Both the position numbers and the translations under genes were made by a program. 64,000 bases of DNA from contig NC_043013.1 in the NCBI RefSeq assembly GCF_006345805.1, forward strand, positions 29,078,001 through 29,142,000, written 5' to 3'. A model generated the notes under the pieces. It had not been told where the DNA came from. It saw only the letters and a program-made list of their open reading frames with translations, and made no database searches. This stretch comes from Octopus sinensis. Its lineage: Eukaryota. This document shows, piece by piece, positions 25,433-39,159 of this stretch (position 1 is its first letter; each line of letters begins with the position of its first letter).

Positions 25433-25835
25433 GTAGATACAATTTCAAGAAGTAAACCCATGTATCCCTGCTGCGAATAAAGCAACGTGTTTGAAATAAG
25501 ACTTTTATGCATAATTACTTTGATTCGATTTCAACTAATTTAGTAAAAAGGCTGAACGTATTATTTCTTAGGCGTTGCCCAAGAAACACTGTTTACATTT
25601 TTTTTTCTGAACTGGATGTCTTAAACATGGGAATTAGATGCATTAAATATGAGCCCCGAAAGAAAAAGGAAATCCAGTTTACAATTGGGATTTTAAGGAT
25701 AAGGTTTATGGATAGAGTTTAAGGTTACAGTTTAGGGTTAGGTTTTTTTGGGTTAGGGCAAAGGGTTAAGGATGAAAGACAAAGCGAAGAGGAAATGGAA
25801 ATAGAAAAAGATGTGAACTAATGAATTTGTTTTTA

Positions 25836-25912
<77 letters not shown>

Positions 25913-25931
25913 GATATATGTATGTATGTAT

Positions 25932-25963
<32 letters not shown>

Positions 25964-26028
25964 TATATACATATATACATACATACCATATATATATATT
26001 AAATATATACATATATATATATAAATAT

Positions 26029-26103
<75 letters not shown>

Positions 26104-26500
26104 GTAGATACAATTTCAAGAAGTAACCCATGTATCCTTGCTGCGAATAAAGCAACGTGTTTGAAATAAGACTTTTATGCATATTACTTTGATTCGATTT
26201 CAACTAATTTAGTAAAAAGGCTGAACGTATTATTTTCTAGGCGTTGCCCAAGAAACACTGTTTACATTTTTTTTTCTGAACTGGATGTCTAAACATGGGA
26301 ATTAGATGCATTAAATATGAGCCCCGAAAGAAAGGAAATCCAGTTTACAATGGGATTTTAAGATAAGGTTTATGGATAGAGTTTAAGGTTACAGTTTAGG
26401 GTTAGGTTTTTTGGGTTAGGGCAAAGGGTTAAGGATTGTGACAAAGACAAGGAAGAGGAAATGGAAATAGAAAAAGATGTGAACTAATGAATTGTTTTTA

Positions 26501-26573
<73 letters not shown>

Positions 26574-26708
26574 ACATTATATGATATATGTATGTATGTA
26601 TGTATATATATATATCTATACATATATATATATACATATATATTACATATATATACATACATACATATATATATATATAAATATATACATATATATATAT
26701 AAATATAT

Positions 26709-26743
<35 letters not shown>

Positions 26744-26768
26744 TATATATATATATATATATATTATA

Positions 26769-26770
<2 letters not shown>
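25366..26770 (+). repeat. Tandem duplication, period about 671 bp
   Basis: GCAGTAGATAC.. starts at 25430 and 26101; both units are followed by the same (CA)n/(TA)n blocks. Confidence 0.9.
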
Positions 26771-26802
<32 letters not shown>

Positions 26803-27055
26803 GCATAGGCGTAGGAGTGGCTGTGTGGTAAGTAGCTTGCTTACGAACCACATGGTTCCAGGTTCAGTCCCACTGCGTGGCACCTTGGGCAAGTGTTTTC
26901 TGCTATAGCCTCGGGTCAACCAAAGCCTTGTGAGTGGATTTGGTGGACGGAAACTGAAAGAAACCCGTCGTATATATGTATATATATATATATATGTGAT
27001 GCTGGTGTGGTTACGTTCCCGTAAAAGGGACCGATAGAATAAGTACTAGGCTTAA

Positions 27056-28470
27056 AATTTTATACAGTTCTTCTGTAATTCCGCCCGACTGTAACTTCCA
27101 CCTTAATGGGAAGCAGCAAATTGGTCTGTAACTGTCAGCAGTATTTCCCTTTGATGCATCCCTCAGGTACAACACTGTTCGTCCTTTTGTCAACCCGCTC
27201 GGGATTTCTTCTTCTCCCTTAATCAATGCATTAAATTGCTCTGCGATCAATTTATGGCAACTACTGAACTTTTTTTATTATCCAAAATCCCTGTACACCA
27301 TCAGGTCCTGCTGCTTTCCAGTTGCTTATCTTTTTACTCACATTTCTGACACTGTTTTCTGTGAAGTGGATAGCTTCTTGCTGGGTTTAAGAAGTTACTT
27401 ACTTCATGCTGCAGAACCATTCAGCTGTAGTATTATGTTGTTCTTAATCCAAGTCTTACCCACAAAAAGTCGACTTTCATCAGTATCAGGGACTAATCTT
27501 TCACGGTTTTTATCGTCATTAATCTCTTGATAAAATAATTTTTTGTCGGTTCTAAACAATTTGTTTGCTGGTCTTGCTTAATCCGTTGTTCAAACCTAGT
27601 TAGCTTTGCTTTTTTTTGCATGTATGCGCTGCTTCAATTCTCCAATCACAACATTCAGGCCTTTTGTATCTACACCATACTTCTTCCTAACTTTTTCGAA
27701 TTTCCATTCATTCTTAAGGTCCCCATTTCTTTTCCTGACAAGTATTGAAACTACACTGTTCAAGGAGTTTCTATCTTCAGAGATTCTCCTTTTCCACCAC
27801 GGTTGTTTATTTCCACTTCTATCCGTCGCTGTTCTGTTCTCAGTAGTTCTCAATCCTATCCTTTCCGCCACAGTCCTACGAGCAGTCTTGATAAGATTTT
27901 GTTTGTGTAATGTTCTTTGTTTCAATGTGTCTCAGTACAATATTGACTTCCCTCGTCTCTTGATTTAGTCTCCATTGGTCAGCCATCTTAAAGTCATACA
28001 TAAATTCTGTCCATTCTGTATTTTATAGATTCAAAATTCTGTCTATTATTAATCGATCTTCATTATTTGAGTAGTCACTGATCTCAATTCTTTCACAATT
28101 CACGATATTATATTCTTTCATTTCTCGCATGCCCAACCTCACCCGATATCCTTCTTTTAATAGCTTCTAGCTCAAATTCTGTTAACCATCTATTCTTTCG
28201 TATTGCTCTTGTTTGGTTACATAATCTCTGTTCAGTAATTTCGAACAGCTCCATTGCCTTCCATTCCCTGTGCATTCCTTTTCTGTACCCTTTGACAGTC
28301 ACGCCATTCACATCCACTGGGGTGCTCCGGTAGTAACACCCCATAACAATCATGTTTACTTGTTTAATTCACTTATGTCTTGTAGCATGGCTAGCAGTTG
28401 CTGGATTACGACCGAGCCCACCCTGCTGCACAGTGGGGGAACCTGCCGGGTGCAGCACCTTCACCATTGG
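27056..28470 (-). mobile_element. 5' half of a Dong/R4-clade LINE, decayed
   Basis: [69 protein letters not shown]; the 5' end abuts (TAA)n. Confidence 0.85.
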
Positions 28471-28698
28471 TTTATTATTATTATTGAGGCGGCGAGCTGG
28501 GAGAATCGTTAGCATGCCGGGAAAAATACTTAGCGGCATTTCATCCGTCTTTACGTTTTGAGTTCAAATTCTGCCGAGGTTGACTTTGCCTTTCCTCTTT
28601 TCAGGGTCAGTGAAATAAGTACCAGTTGAGTACGGAAGTCGATGTAATCGACAAGCCCTCTCCCGCCAGATTTCAGGCCTGATGCCTATATAAGAAAA

Positions 28699-28764
<66 letters not shown>

Positions 28765-29787
28765 AATACGTTTCTTTCACTTACACCAAAGTATATCTTC
28801 TAAGAAGCGAGTATTACAATCGTTTTGTTTTTTGAAAGTCATTTTTGAGACTATAAATTCATCGTTTAATTTATAATTCATTTTATTTGTTTAACCCTTT
28901 CCATCAGGCTAATGAATTAATGTCTATATTGTTGACAAACTAACACAGCAGCTTTTGTAGTTTAACTTCTAATAAACCAATTACAATTTAATTTTTTTCT
29001 ATTAGTTTATCTTCTGATACGTGCACACATAGATATGTACGTATTACACACACATACACATACAATATCTATGTTGTCTCCTAGCTGTACAAATTAAAAA
29101 GAAAGAAAGAAAGATAAGCATGCAGACATGCTTATTTTTGGCATAACCAAATAACTGTTAGTATTTTATTAACATTTTTCTTGTATATACTAACAGTCAT
29201 AGCTAGGCAGATTAACAAAGCAGTGACTTAACTAGTTGATGGGATGTTGCCAGGTCGTTAACCGGTAGCGATGCTATTCTATACTTAGTTATATTCCAGA
29301 CAAAGACCACTCTTAATAAACAGCTCAGTGGGTATCAGTATATTCATTCCCCATGCATTAAATAAGTTTACTAAACTAGAAATATATATACTGTGACAAA
29401 AAAGTATTAGTCGATGACGGATCTAACTTTCTCATTGAAGTATAACTTCCCCATAGTTTTGATGAATTAACAGCGAAAATTCAGTTAGTGATTACACAGA
29501 ATTGTATCTTATAGAAGCTACGTGGTGGTTGTACATCGCTGAGAAAGTCAGAAAAAGAGAGAAATGTATCGTAAGTTGTCTCCCTTTTCTGTACTTCTCA
29601 ACGAAGTATAACCTCATTGTATTTTCGTTGCTAACTCAACTATGCCTTTCGCCTTTCCGAGATCGATAAAATAGTACCGGTTTAAGGTGGTGGATTGGCG
29701 CAACTGTGAGAGCATCCTCTGATCAAAAACATTCCAGTTGTTATTATCTCATCTCTTTCTTTTTACGAATACTGTATATCCAGAATC

Positions 29788-30068
29788 CTACGACTGGCAA
29801 AACATAAACAATAGCGATTGAATATTGTTTAAAAGAGAAATAATAAGAAAACAAGGAAGAGGAAAGACAACGGTTGCGGGAGACCAGACAGCAGCAACCA
29901 AGACCGACTCCGACTTTCACGTGTGGCCAATGTAGTCACGTGTTCTACGCGAGGATTGGCCTCGTTAACCAAGTGCGCCGTCAATGTTAATGGTCCAAAT
30001 ATTCACCCAGGAGGAGAAATTAATCCTCGGATTCTAGGGACGAGTTGACGACGACGCCGACTACGATG
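29788..30068 (+). mobile_element. Extreme 3' end of an RTE LINE
   Basis: FTCGQCSHVFYARIGLVNQVRRQC* zinc-finger-like C-terminus; (ACG)n tail; 12-bp TSD ATATC(C/T)AGAATC at 29776-29787 and 30069-30080. Confidence 0.75.
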
Positions 30069-30679
30069 ATATCTAGAATCACATTATTCAAAATGTCCTT
30101 CCTTCTTTCAAGACGGTATGGTGTGCTTTGAAAGAGATTTGATTGCTATTTCCTACAGATCATTTAACTACTTACCTAGAGAGTCCCTAGAATGGTCGTT
30201 GTTGAAGTGACACATAATACATAGGTCTGTCAAAATTCAGCGAATTGAAAGCGTGACAGAAATCCTAATCTTGGTTTTATTCCTTCCGCACCCCTGACAT
30301 GTCATCTTTCGATTACAATTTGCATTATCGAGCCTCATAGCGGAGGCACAGATCCATCGCCAATATCCTACGTCAATTAGTCCATCACAAGGTCCAATCC
30401 TTGTTGTGGTGTGGCGACGTGTGTGCCTCAATAATTCTGAGAATTAAAGCAGCAGAGCACAAGCTCCTGGAAGGTCTTTCCATGCTGGTCAGGTCAAAGG
30501 TTAGAGGCAGACTAATATGGATCATCTCGTTCTTGAGGCAAAAATGGGTTTGCTTAAGTCCAACACACCTTTATAGGAAACAAATCTGAGTTACAGATTG
30601 TCGATGACAATTCAAGGTGAACAAGACCTAAGAGGGGAAGGCTTTCTCATAGGGAAACATATAGTGCAGTGCAGCAAAA

Positions 30680-30931
30680 TCTGAAAGGAAGACGGATAGG
30701 CCACGTCTTAAGGAATCCAACATCCTGCATTACACATCAGGCCGGATGTAGAAACTACAGAGGGGGAATAGAAAAGAGGACACCCTAAAAAAAAACTGGG
30801 GGTAGGATATTGAGGCAGAGTTGAAAACGCTGAGTTCCAACTGGAGAAAAGGAGGAAAAGACAGCCCAGAGTCGAGAAAAGTGAAAAGTAGACGATGAAC
30901 TATGCTTCATAAGAAACGAAGGGCTTAAGTA
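30680..30931 (+). mobile_element. Degenerate RTE 3' end (second family)
   Basis: IGHVLRNPTSCITHQA..KRGHPKK..EAELK..TAQSREK..DELC; frameshifted. Confidence 0.6.
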
Positions 30932-31594
30932 ACCTCCATCGAGACTATGACCTCCATCGGAGTCGTGCAAGCAGTCGGCAGTTAATCCAGTTAATCCTCT
31001 CTTACTTTGGTATCAGACTTGGCTTGCGAGAAGCTATAGACCATAGTCTGCCGAGCACCGTCTTCTGTCTGAGATAGTGTGTTTGGCAAGCCGTTGTTTT
31101 TTCTGCCTTGTCGACGTCAAATGCCTCCAAGTAAAGCAATAGATTTTGTAAGTCTTATCCATTATATTCTTCCTGTATACAGATAGGATTAATGATTGAT
31201 GGAAAAATATTTATGAATACAAAGCCAAAGAACTAGCTCTATTCATTACTCTAGATTACAGAAGGAATAGATAGTTAATTTGGCATAGCACGCTAACATC
31301 AAGAATACAGCTCGTAGTGGGAATTAAGGTTTTATGAAATAACATGGTTGACTACGAGGCAACAAAGGTGTCACTGTATGTTCAATCCATCTTCCAGAAA
31401 TAGCAACCGAATCTCCCTCAAACCTCAACTACTGCCTTAAAAAAGGAGGAACTCCTTAATGTTGTCATGGATATACTTCTCTTGATAGAAATGCGAAAGG
31501 TGTGACGGTAATTGGTGAAATGAATTTGATCATCACATTTGATGATAGATATATATAAAAATAACGTTAACAACAGAAAAAGAAAAAAATTGCA

Positions 31595-32011
31595 GGAGAG
31601 GTTGTGTGGTAAGTAGCTTGCTTACCAACCACATGGTTCTGGGTTCAGTCCCACTGCGTAGCACCTTGGGAAAGTGTCTTCTACTATAACCTCGGGCCGA
31701 CAAAAGCCCTATGAGTAGATTTGGTAGACGGAAACTGAAAGAAGCTCGTCGTATATATGTACATATATATATGTATATGTATGTGTGTGTATATGTTTGC
31801 GTGTCTGTGTTTGTTCCCTCAACATCGCTTGACAACCGATGCTAGTGTGTTTATGTCCCCGTCACTTAGCGGTTCGGCAAAAGAGACCGATAGAATAAGT
31901 ACTAGGCTTACAAAGAATAAGTCCTGGGGTCGGTTTGCTCGGCTAAAGGCGGTGCTCCAGCATGGCCGCAGTAAAATGACTGAAACAAGTAAAAGAGTAA
32001 AAGAGTAAAAG
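31595..32011 (+). mobile_element. Full-length OK-type SINE with (TAAAAGAG)n tail
   Basis: tRNA-like head, CCTTGGG-AAGT CORE-like block, internal TG/TA repeat, LINE-like tail. Confidence 0.85.
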
Positions 32012-32220
32012 AATATAGGTCTACTCATTCGGGGCTCGCTCGGGGCTAAACAGCAATAACAAAAATGATGACGTGAAGCACAAAGATGGGAAGTTGAAGC
32101 AGCTAAATGCTGATTATAACAAAATTCGGAAAGGAAAAGACAAGCACAAAATAACGAACGACGACAGAACTGCAACAACATGAAACAAATGTTGAGCAAT
32201 AACAACAACGACAACGACCC

Positions 32221-32296
32221 CACTACCACCACCGCCACCACCACCACCACCGACACCACCACCACCACCACCACCACCACCACCACCACCACCGAC

Positions 32297-32349
<53 letters not shown>

Positions 32350-32404
32350 CACGACCACCACCGCCACCGCCACCACCACCACCACCACCCGCACCAGCAC
32401 CAGC

Positions 32405-32435
<31 letters not shown>

Positions 32436-32714
32436 CCGACACCACCACACCACCACCGACACCACCACCACCACACCACCACCACCACCACCACCACCAC
32501 CACCACGACCACCACCGCCACCGCCACCACCACCACCAGCACCCGCACCAGCACCAGCACCAGCACCAGCACCACCACGACCACCACTACCAGCACCACC
32601 ACGACCACCACCACTACCACCACGACCACCACCACGACCACCGCCGCCCCCTCACCACCGCCGCCGCCGCCGCCGCCCGCCGCCACCACCACCGCCGCCA
32701 CCACCACCACCCGC

Positions 32715-32745
<31 letters not shown>

Positions 32746-32820
32746 ACGCCCCCCCACGCCACCGCCACCACCGACACCAGCACCCCCCCCACCAACAACA
32801 ACAACAACAACCGCAACAAG
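32221..32820. repeat. Compound (CAC)n/(CACGAC)n/(CAGCAC)n/(CGC)n repeat
   Basis: Direct reading. Confidence 0.95.
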
Positions 32821-33489
32821 AATCGTAACCAGTAGATATTTCACATTCACACGTCGCTGGTATGTAAGTTAACAAGGTCAAATATGTCAATTTAGAGTCG
32901 TCTCTAGATTTCAAAAATGTATTAATTTAATGAATCAGAATAAAAATTTTAACTGCAGATTCAACTCGATGAGGAACAATACATTACACATTCACTTCCC
33001 ACAATAAACACTGTTATTATACATACATACATACATACATACACTCACACATATATATATACATACACACACATACGTACGTACGTACATGCATGCGTGT
33101 ATACACATGTACTTGCATACATAAATATCTGCACGTGTACGTACATATATACATACATAGGTACATAAACATATACATTAGCGAACACACATACACATAC
33201 ATACATAAACACATATATTCTTGTACTTATACATAAAAACACATACATACATACATGCTTTCATAAATACATACACAGATAAACACATGTTCTTTTATTT
33301 GTTTCAGTCACTTGACTGCGGCCATACTGGAGCACTGCCTTTAGTCGAACAAATCGATCCCAGAACTTATTCTCTGTAAGCCTAGTACTTATTGTACCGG
33401 TCTCTTTTTGCCAAACCGCTAAGTTACGGGGACGTAAACACATCAACTTTGGTTGTCGAGTGATGGTGGACAAACACAGCCACACAAAC

Positions 33490-33532
<43 letters not shown>

Positions 33533-34312
33533 CACATATATACAACGGGCTTCTTTCAGTTTCCATTCACAAAGGCTTGGTCGGCCCGAGGCTATAGTAG
33601 AAGACACTTGCCCAAGGTGCCACGCAGTGGGACTGAACCCTGAACCATGTGGTTGGTAAGCATAAATACATGCAAGCATACATACACATATATACATAAA
33701 CATATATTATACATACATGCATTCATATATTCCTGCATATACACACATATGATCAACAGTTATGCACCGCCAACATCTCTGGGACGCGGCTGTTATTCCA
33801 CACTGACATATTTACACCGATATATCCAAACGAAAGTAATCCTACTGATTAGTAAAACTCCAGTGACTAGCGATCCACAACCCCTATCTTTCATGGAGAA
33901 AATACTTTCTCTCAGCCTTCTTTACCAAAAGCAGGACCATACCACAACGGTCTCTGATTCTCTGAGATTCGGTGAGGCTGTGTGGTTAAGAAGATTGTTT
34001 CCCAACCATATGACCTTCGCTTCATTCCCGCTGTGTAGTACATTGAGCAAGTGTGTCCTCCCGTAGCCTCAGGCCAACCAAAGTCCTCTGAATGGATTTG
34101 GTAGACGGAAGCTGAAAGAAGACCGTCGTACACAGACATACACATACGCTGGTGCCGAACAGTAGGAATGAATGCTTAACACCGCAGTGGTGGATAAATA
34201 GTCTTTTTTTGTGGAGTAACACTGCAACTAGTGGTTTCATGTGAAAGAGGTGTCCACAATTTTCTAGCGATCCACTTACGAATGTTGGCAGTCTTAACCA
34301 TTTTGGATACAC

Positions 34313-34353
<41 letters not shown>

Positions 34354-34496
34354 GAAGACGAGGAAATAAACAGAGAGAGAATTAAAAAAAACTCGTGGAT
34401 TTAGCGGTCACATACACACACACACATATACATATATATATATACATAAATACATATACATACATATATATATGTATATTTATATAATATATATAT

Positions 34497-37400
34497 ATTG
34501 TTGGCATCCTTTTTGTCTCGGGAGACAATGGAGTTGCGCATAAAATAGTCTAGTCCGGCTTTTACATTTCATGTCCTGATGCATTTCCTGCTGTGGCTGT
34601 GTAGTCTTATCCTGGACAAGCACTCCCTCTGGCAGGTACCGCAAATGTAGCGAAGACTGTTCCTGGCTGGTTGTAATGTCATAGTTTCTTGTTGACGTCT
34701 TTTCTTGTCTTTCCATTTCTCCTCTCTTTCTCTCTCTCTCTCTCTCTGTCACTCCTTTGTATTCCCTCTTTTACGGTACGTCGCCAATCTCCACGGTTGC
34801 TGGCAATTGCTTCCCAACCGCTAATATTGATGTTGCAAGCCTTCATGTCCTTTTTGCAAACATCATTGTTACGTAAGAACGGTCTACCCACAGACCTAGT
34901 ACTCCTAGCAAGCTCTCCGTAGAGTATCTCCTTGGGGATTCTGCCATCTTTCATACGGCTAACATGCCCAAGCCATCTCATACGTCTTTGTGTGTGGAGT
35001 GCAAACATGCTTGGTATTCCTGCTTGCTTGAGGACATCTTTGTTGGGGATATGATTCTGCCATTTGATGCGAAGGATTTTTCGGAGGCAGCGCAGGTGAA
35101 AGATGTTTAAGCGACGCTCTTGGCGTGTGCATAGCGTCCAAGTCTCACTTCCATACAGTAGAGTGCTAAGTACACATGCCTGGTAGATCTTAATTTTCGT
35201 GGTCTTGGTCAGCTTATTGTTGTCCCATGCCCGTTTGGAGAGTTGGGCCATCGCAGCAGCTGCCTTGCCAATGCGTATATTGAGCTCAGCGTTAAGGGAT
35301 AGGTTGTAGGTGACGGTAGAGCCAAGATAGGTAAACTTCTCCACCTCCTGTAATCTGTGGTCTCCAATATGTATGTTTGGGATGTCCGATGTAGCCTGAC
35401 CCATGATGTTGGTCTTTTTAAGGCTGATAGCTAAGCCAAAGTCGTTACATGCTTGCTCAAAACAGTTAATGAGCCTTTGGAGGGCTTCTGTGTGTGATAC
35501 CAGAGCGGCATCATCAGCAAATAGCATCTCCTTGATCAGGACGTTTCTGATTTTGGTCTTGGCACGCAGGCGCGAGAGATTGAACAGTTTCCCGTCACTT
35601 CTACTGTGCAGAAACACTCTATCATCTGATGTCTGAAAGGCATGTGAGAGCAAGAGCGAGAAGAAAATGCCAAATAATGTAGGAGCGAGGACACAACCTT
35701 GCTTTACCCCGTTTTTTATTTGGAAGGCGACTGATGTTGAACCATTGTGCTGTATGGTGACTTGCATATCATCATGGAAAGACTTGATGATCCTCAGCAG
35801 CTTTGGTGGACATCCGATTTTTTGGAGCAGGATGAAGAGGCCTTTTCTACTTACCGAGTCAAAGGCCTTTGTTAGATCAATGAAGGCCATATATAATGGC
35901 ATTTTCTGCTCTCTGAACTTCTCCTGAAGTTGGCGTATGGAGAATATCATATCAATAGTTGATCTGCTTCTTCTAAAGCCACACTGCGATTCCGGATAGA
36001 TTCGAGAAGCAAGTAGTTGTAGCCTGGCCAGGATAACGCGAGCAAAGGTCTTTCCAACAGTGCTTAGAAGAGATATTCCACGGAAATTGTTACAATCACC
36101 ACGGTCACCTTTGTTTTTGTAAAGCGTAATGATGTTAGCATCTCGCATATCCTGAGGGACTGTACCCTCTTCCCAGCACTGACACAGAAGCTCATGAAGG
36201 TGCCGAAGCAGGATGGTGTTTTTGCCGGCTTTGGTGATCTCTGAGGGGATGCCGTCTTTTCCCGGAACCTTGTTTCTTGCTAGGGAGTCAATAGCCTTGG
36301 TGAGCTCTGCTATAGATGGCGGACTGTCAAGTTCGCACATGACTGGCAAGATCTTGACACTCTCGATTGCAGCCTCAGCTACTGTAGTATCCCGTGAGTA
36401 GAGATCCTGGTAGTGCTCCACACATCTATCCATTTGCTTGTTTTGATCTCCAGTAGTTGATTTCAGAGGGGCTGACTTGGTTGCGGATGGACCGAGGGCC
36501 TTCTTCAAACCGGCATACATCCCACGGGTGTCGCCCCTGTCAGCAGCCGACTGGATACTCTGACAGATTTCTTGCCAATACCTATTTGCACAGCATCTGG
36601 CTGTCAGTTGGGGTTTTATTTCTTGCCTTTCTGAGTTCTTCGAGTGACTTTGTAGAAGAATCACTCTTGTATTACATCAGAGCTGCACGCTTTGCTTCGA
36701 TAATTGGCTCCAGCTCTGAGAGCCCAGCATTGAACCAATCTGGGTTTTGCCTTTCTCTCATGCCGAAAGTATCAATTGATGTGGTATACAAAGCTTCCCC
36801 GATATAATTCCACCTACTTTCAGCAGAGGAGGTTGGGCAGCTACTGAGGGCAACCTTGATAGAAGCAGCAAAACATTTTCGCAGTGTAGGGTCCGAGGTT
36901 CTGGCAGTGTTAATGCGTGGTCGGCCCACTTTCTTGGAGCGATGGACTTTTTTAGGCAGAATCCTCACCCTACTTCTAATTAGTGAGTGGTCTGTGTCAC
37001 AATCCGCACCGTGGTAACTGCGGGTCAATAGAACAGAATTAAAAAAGGATCTCCGTGTAATGATGAGATTCAGCTGATGCCAGTGGTGAGATCTTGGATG
37101 TCTCCAAGATGCCTTGTGGGATGGCTTGTTGGTAAAGAATGTGTTTGTGACGCACAGGTTATGGTATGTGCAGAATTCGAGTAGTCTCTGACCATTGTCA
37201 TTCATGTTGCCAATACCAAAGTGTCCAACACAAATGGGCCACGAATCATGGTCAGATCCCACGCGAGCGTTAAAATCCCATAGAAGGTAGATATTTTCAG
37301 TTGTTGGTAGAGTTTTTATGACACAGTTGAGATCTTTGTAGAACTGGACCTTGGTCGCCTCTGAGCTGTAGAGAGTGGGAGCATAGATGCTGAGTAGATG

Positions 37401-38352
37401 TACTGAGCCAGAAGAAGTCGAGAGGCGCAGTGAGAAGATACGCTCAGTGCCTCCTGATGGTGGTTCTATTGAGGAGAGTAATGATTTTCTCACTGCAAAG
37501 CCAACGCCATGCTGACGAGGTTCTTCTGGATCGCTTCCCTGCCAAAAGAAGGTGAAATCCTGTTCTTTGAGTTTGCCGTTTGAGGGAAGTCTTGTCTCCT
37601 GTAGCCCAGCAATCTCTATATTAAGCCTCTTTAGTTCACGGTCAATGATGGCCGTTTTCCTTGTGTCTTCAACCCTGAGTAGATCATCAGATATTCCAGG
37701 GCACATGGTCCTGACATTCCAGCTTGTCAACCGCAGGACTGGTGGTTTCTTGTCTTTTAGTTGTTTGCCTGGTGCAGAGGTTGCAGGCCGCTTTTCAAGT
37801 CATACTCTTAGCTCCAAGCACCCAATGAAGCAGGCGGCCTGTAGCGGATCAGCACCTTATTAACTGGGGGCTTCCCAGCTTGAGGTGGGCAGTAGCTAAC
37901 CAATAGGACACGGAGGTCCCTCCCACCGTCAGAGGTAACCCGTAGCGCCCATATTTTACGCTAATCTGAATGGACTAATCACTCGTGACTGTCACCTTCC
38001 GTGTTGTTTCTGCAGCTTTTTACAGCAGCACTGAAGTGTCCTCTCCAGTTTTGCGCAGGTCTGGGTTAGAGATAAGAAAGTCCTGGGTAGCCCAATTGTC
38101 AGGTTTCCTCTCTCGATCTTGCTGATGTAGTCCAAAGGAGTGCAGAGCATTACGTTTGGCACCAGCTTGGTTGCAGGAGCTGCCGGAAGAGTGTCGAGTC
38201 GAACACTAAACCACCTTCGGATTTCTTTGAAGGTTGTCTCCTTTCCGTAACCCTGGATAGGGGCCCATACTGGGGACTGTCAGCCGGAACCAGCTGAGCC
38301 CGGAACTCATGTCAGGCAGGGTCGTCACTCCCTGAAGTAGTGAAGAAGTTCG
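34497..38352 (-). mobile_element. Near-full-length RTE-clade LINE (~3.85 kb) inserted in (TA)n
   Basis: 5' UTR about 37800-38352, then APE endonuclease, RT and zinc finger; 3' stem-loop TTGTCTC-CC-GAGACAA..GGATGCCAA. Confidence 0.93.
34569..37797 (-). pseudogene. RTE APE-endonuclease/reverse-transcriptase ORF with one stop and two frameshifts
   Basis: SWNVRT, LQETR, IYAPT, DFNARVG, DTDHSL; AFIDLTKAFDSV, GVKQGCVLAPTLF, LFADD, FTYLGS. Stop at 36672-74; frameshifts at about 36612 and 34735. Confidence 0.92.
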
Positions 38353-38452
38353 CTATATATATATATATATACACACACATACATATATATAAATATATAT
38401 ACACATACATATATACATATATGGATATATATGATACATGCATATTATATAT

Positions 38453-38501
<49 letters not shown>

Positions 38502-38506
<5 letters not shown>

Positions 38507-39124
38507 CTACAAAATTAGAGAATGGAGAAACATACTTAAATCAATAAAACATCAACTATCCGATGACCCAATCAATACTTTAATACACCATTACATATGA
38601 GTAAAGGCATTATCCAAAATGAGATATACAGTAATAGTAAAAAGATAAAGAGATATAAGTAAAAAATTTCAAATATAATATGCAATTAAATCAAAACTGA
38701 CAGCTGTTTCGGCAGTGAGGGCAGTCATACCTCATTTAACCTCTAAGCCATAAAGGCAGGTATAAATGAGGCATTAACAAGGATGCCCCACGGCCTCTTC
38801 AGAGAATTAAATTAAATTTGTTATAATTGTGAAAAATATTATATAACCATATACATATAAATATAAAAATATAAAAATGTAAAATTGGGTATCATCGGAT
38901 AGTTGATGTTTTATTGATTTAAGTATGTTTCTCCATTCTCTAATTTTGTAGTATTAATTTACGGTAATATTATTACCTTTACCCATATAATACAATAGAT
39001 GAACTGATTGTTTGACAATTTTTAACATCTATGTATTAATCTTGTTGGGTACCTATCTGGCAGTATATTGGATATATATTATCCTATGGTGGGTTGAATT
39101 TTCAACCCCTATCTCATTTTATAA

Positions 39125-39125
<1 letters not shown>
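38502..39125. mobile_element. Penelope-like end with 65-bp inverted arms
   Basis: Arms 38502-38566 and 38892-38956 enclose an HHR; flanked by (TA)n. Confidence 0.75.
38695..38806 (-). ncRNA. Type I hammerhead ribozyme, intact core, long helix II
   Basis: CUGAAGA-GGCCGUGGGGCA...UGCCCUCACUGCC-GAAA-CAGCUG-UC; palindromic helix III ACAGCUGU. Confidence 0.8.

Positions 39126-39159
<34 letters not shown>

Noticed and set aside
25718-25770. TTAGGG motifs
   Set aside because: Only scattered single units inside a repeat; not a telomeric array.
32114-32914. 200-266 aa poly-Thr/His/Val/Gly ORFs
   Set aside because: Stop-free trinucleotide repeats open in several frames on both strands; no coding signal.
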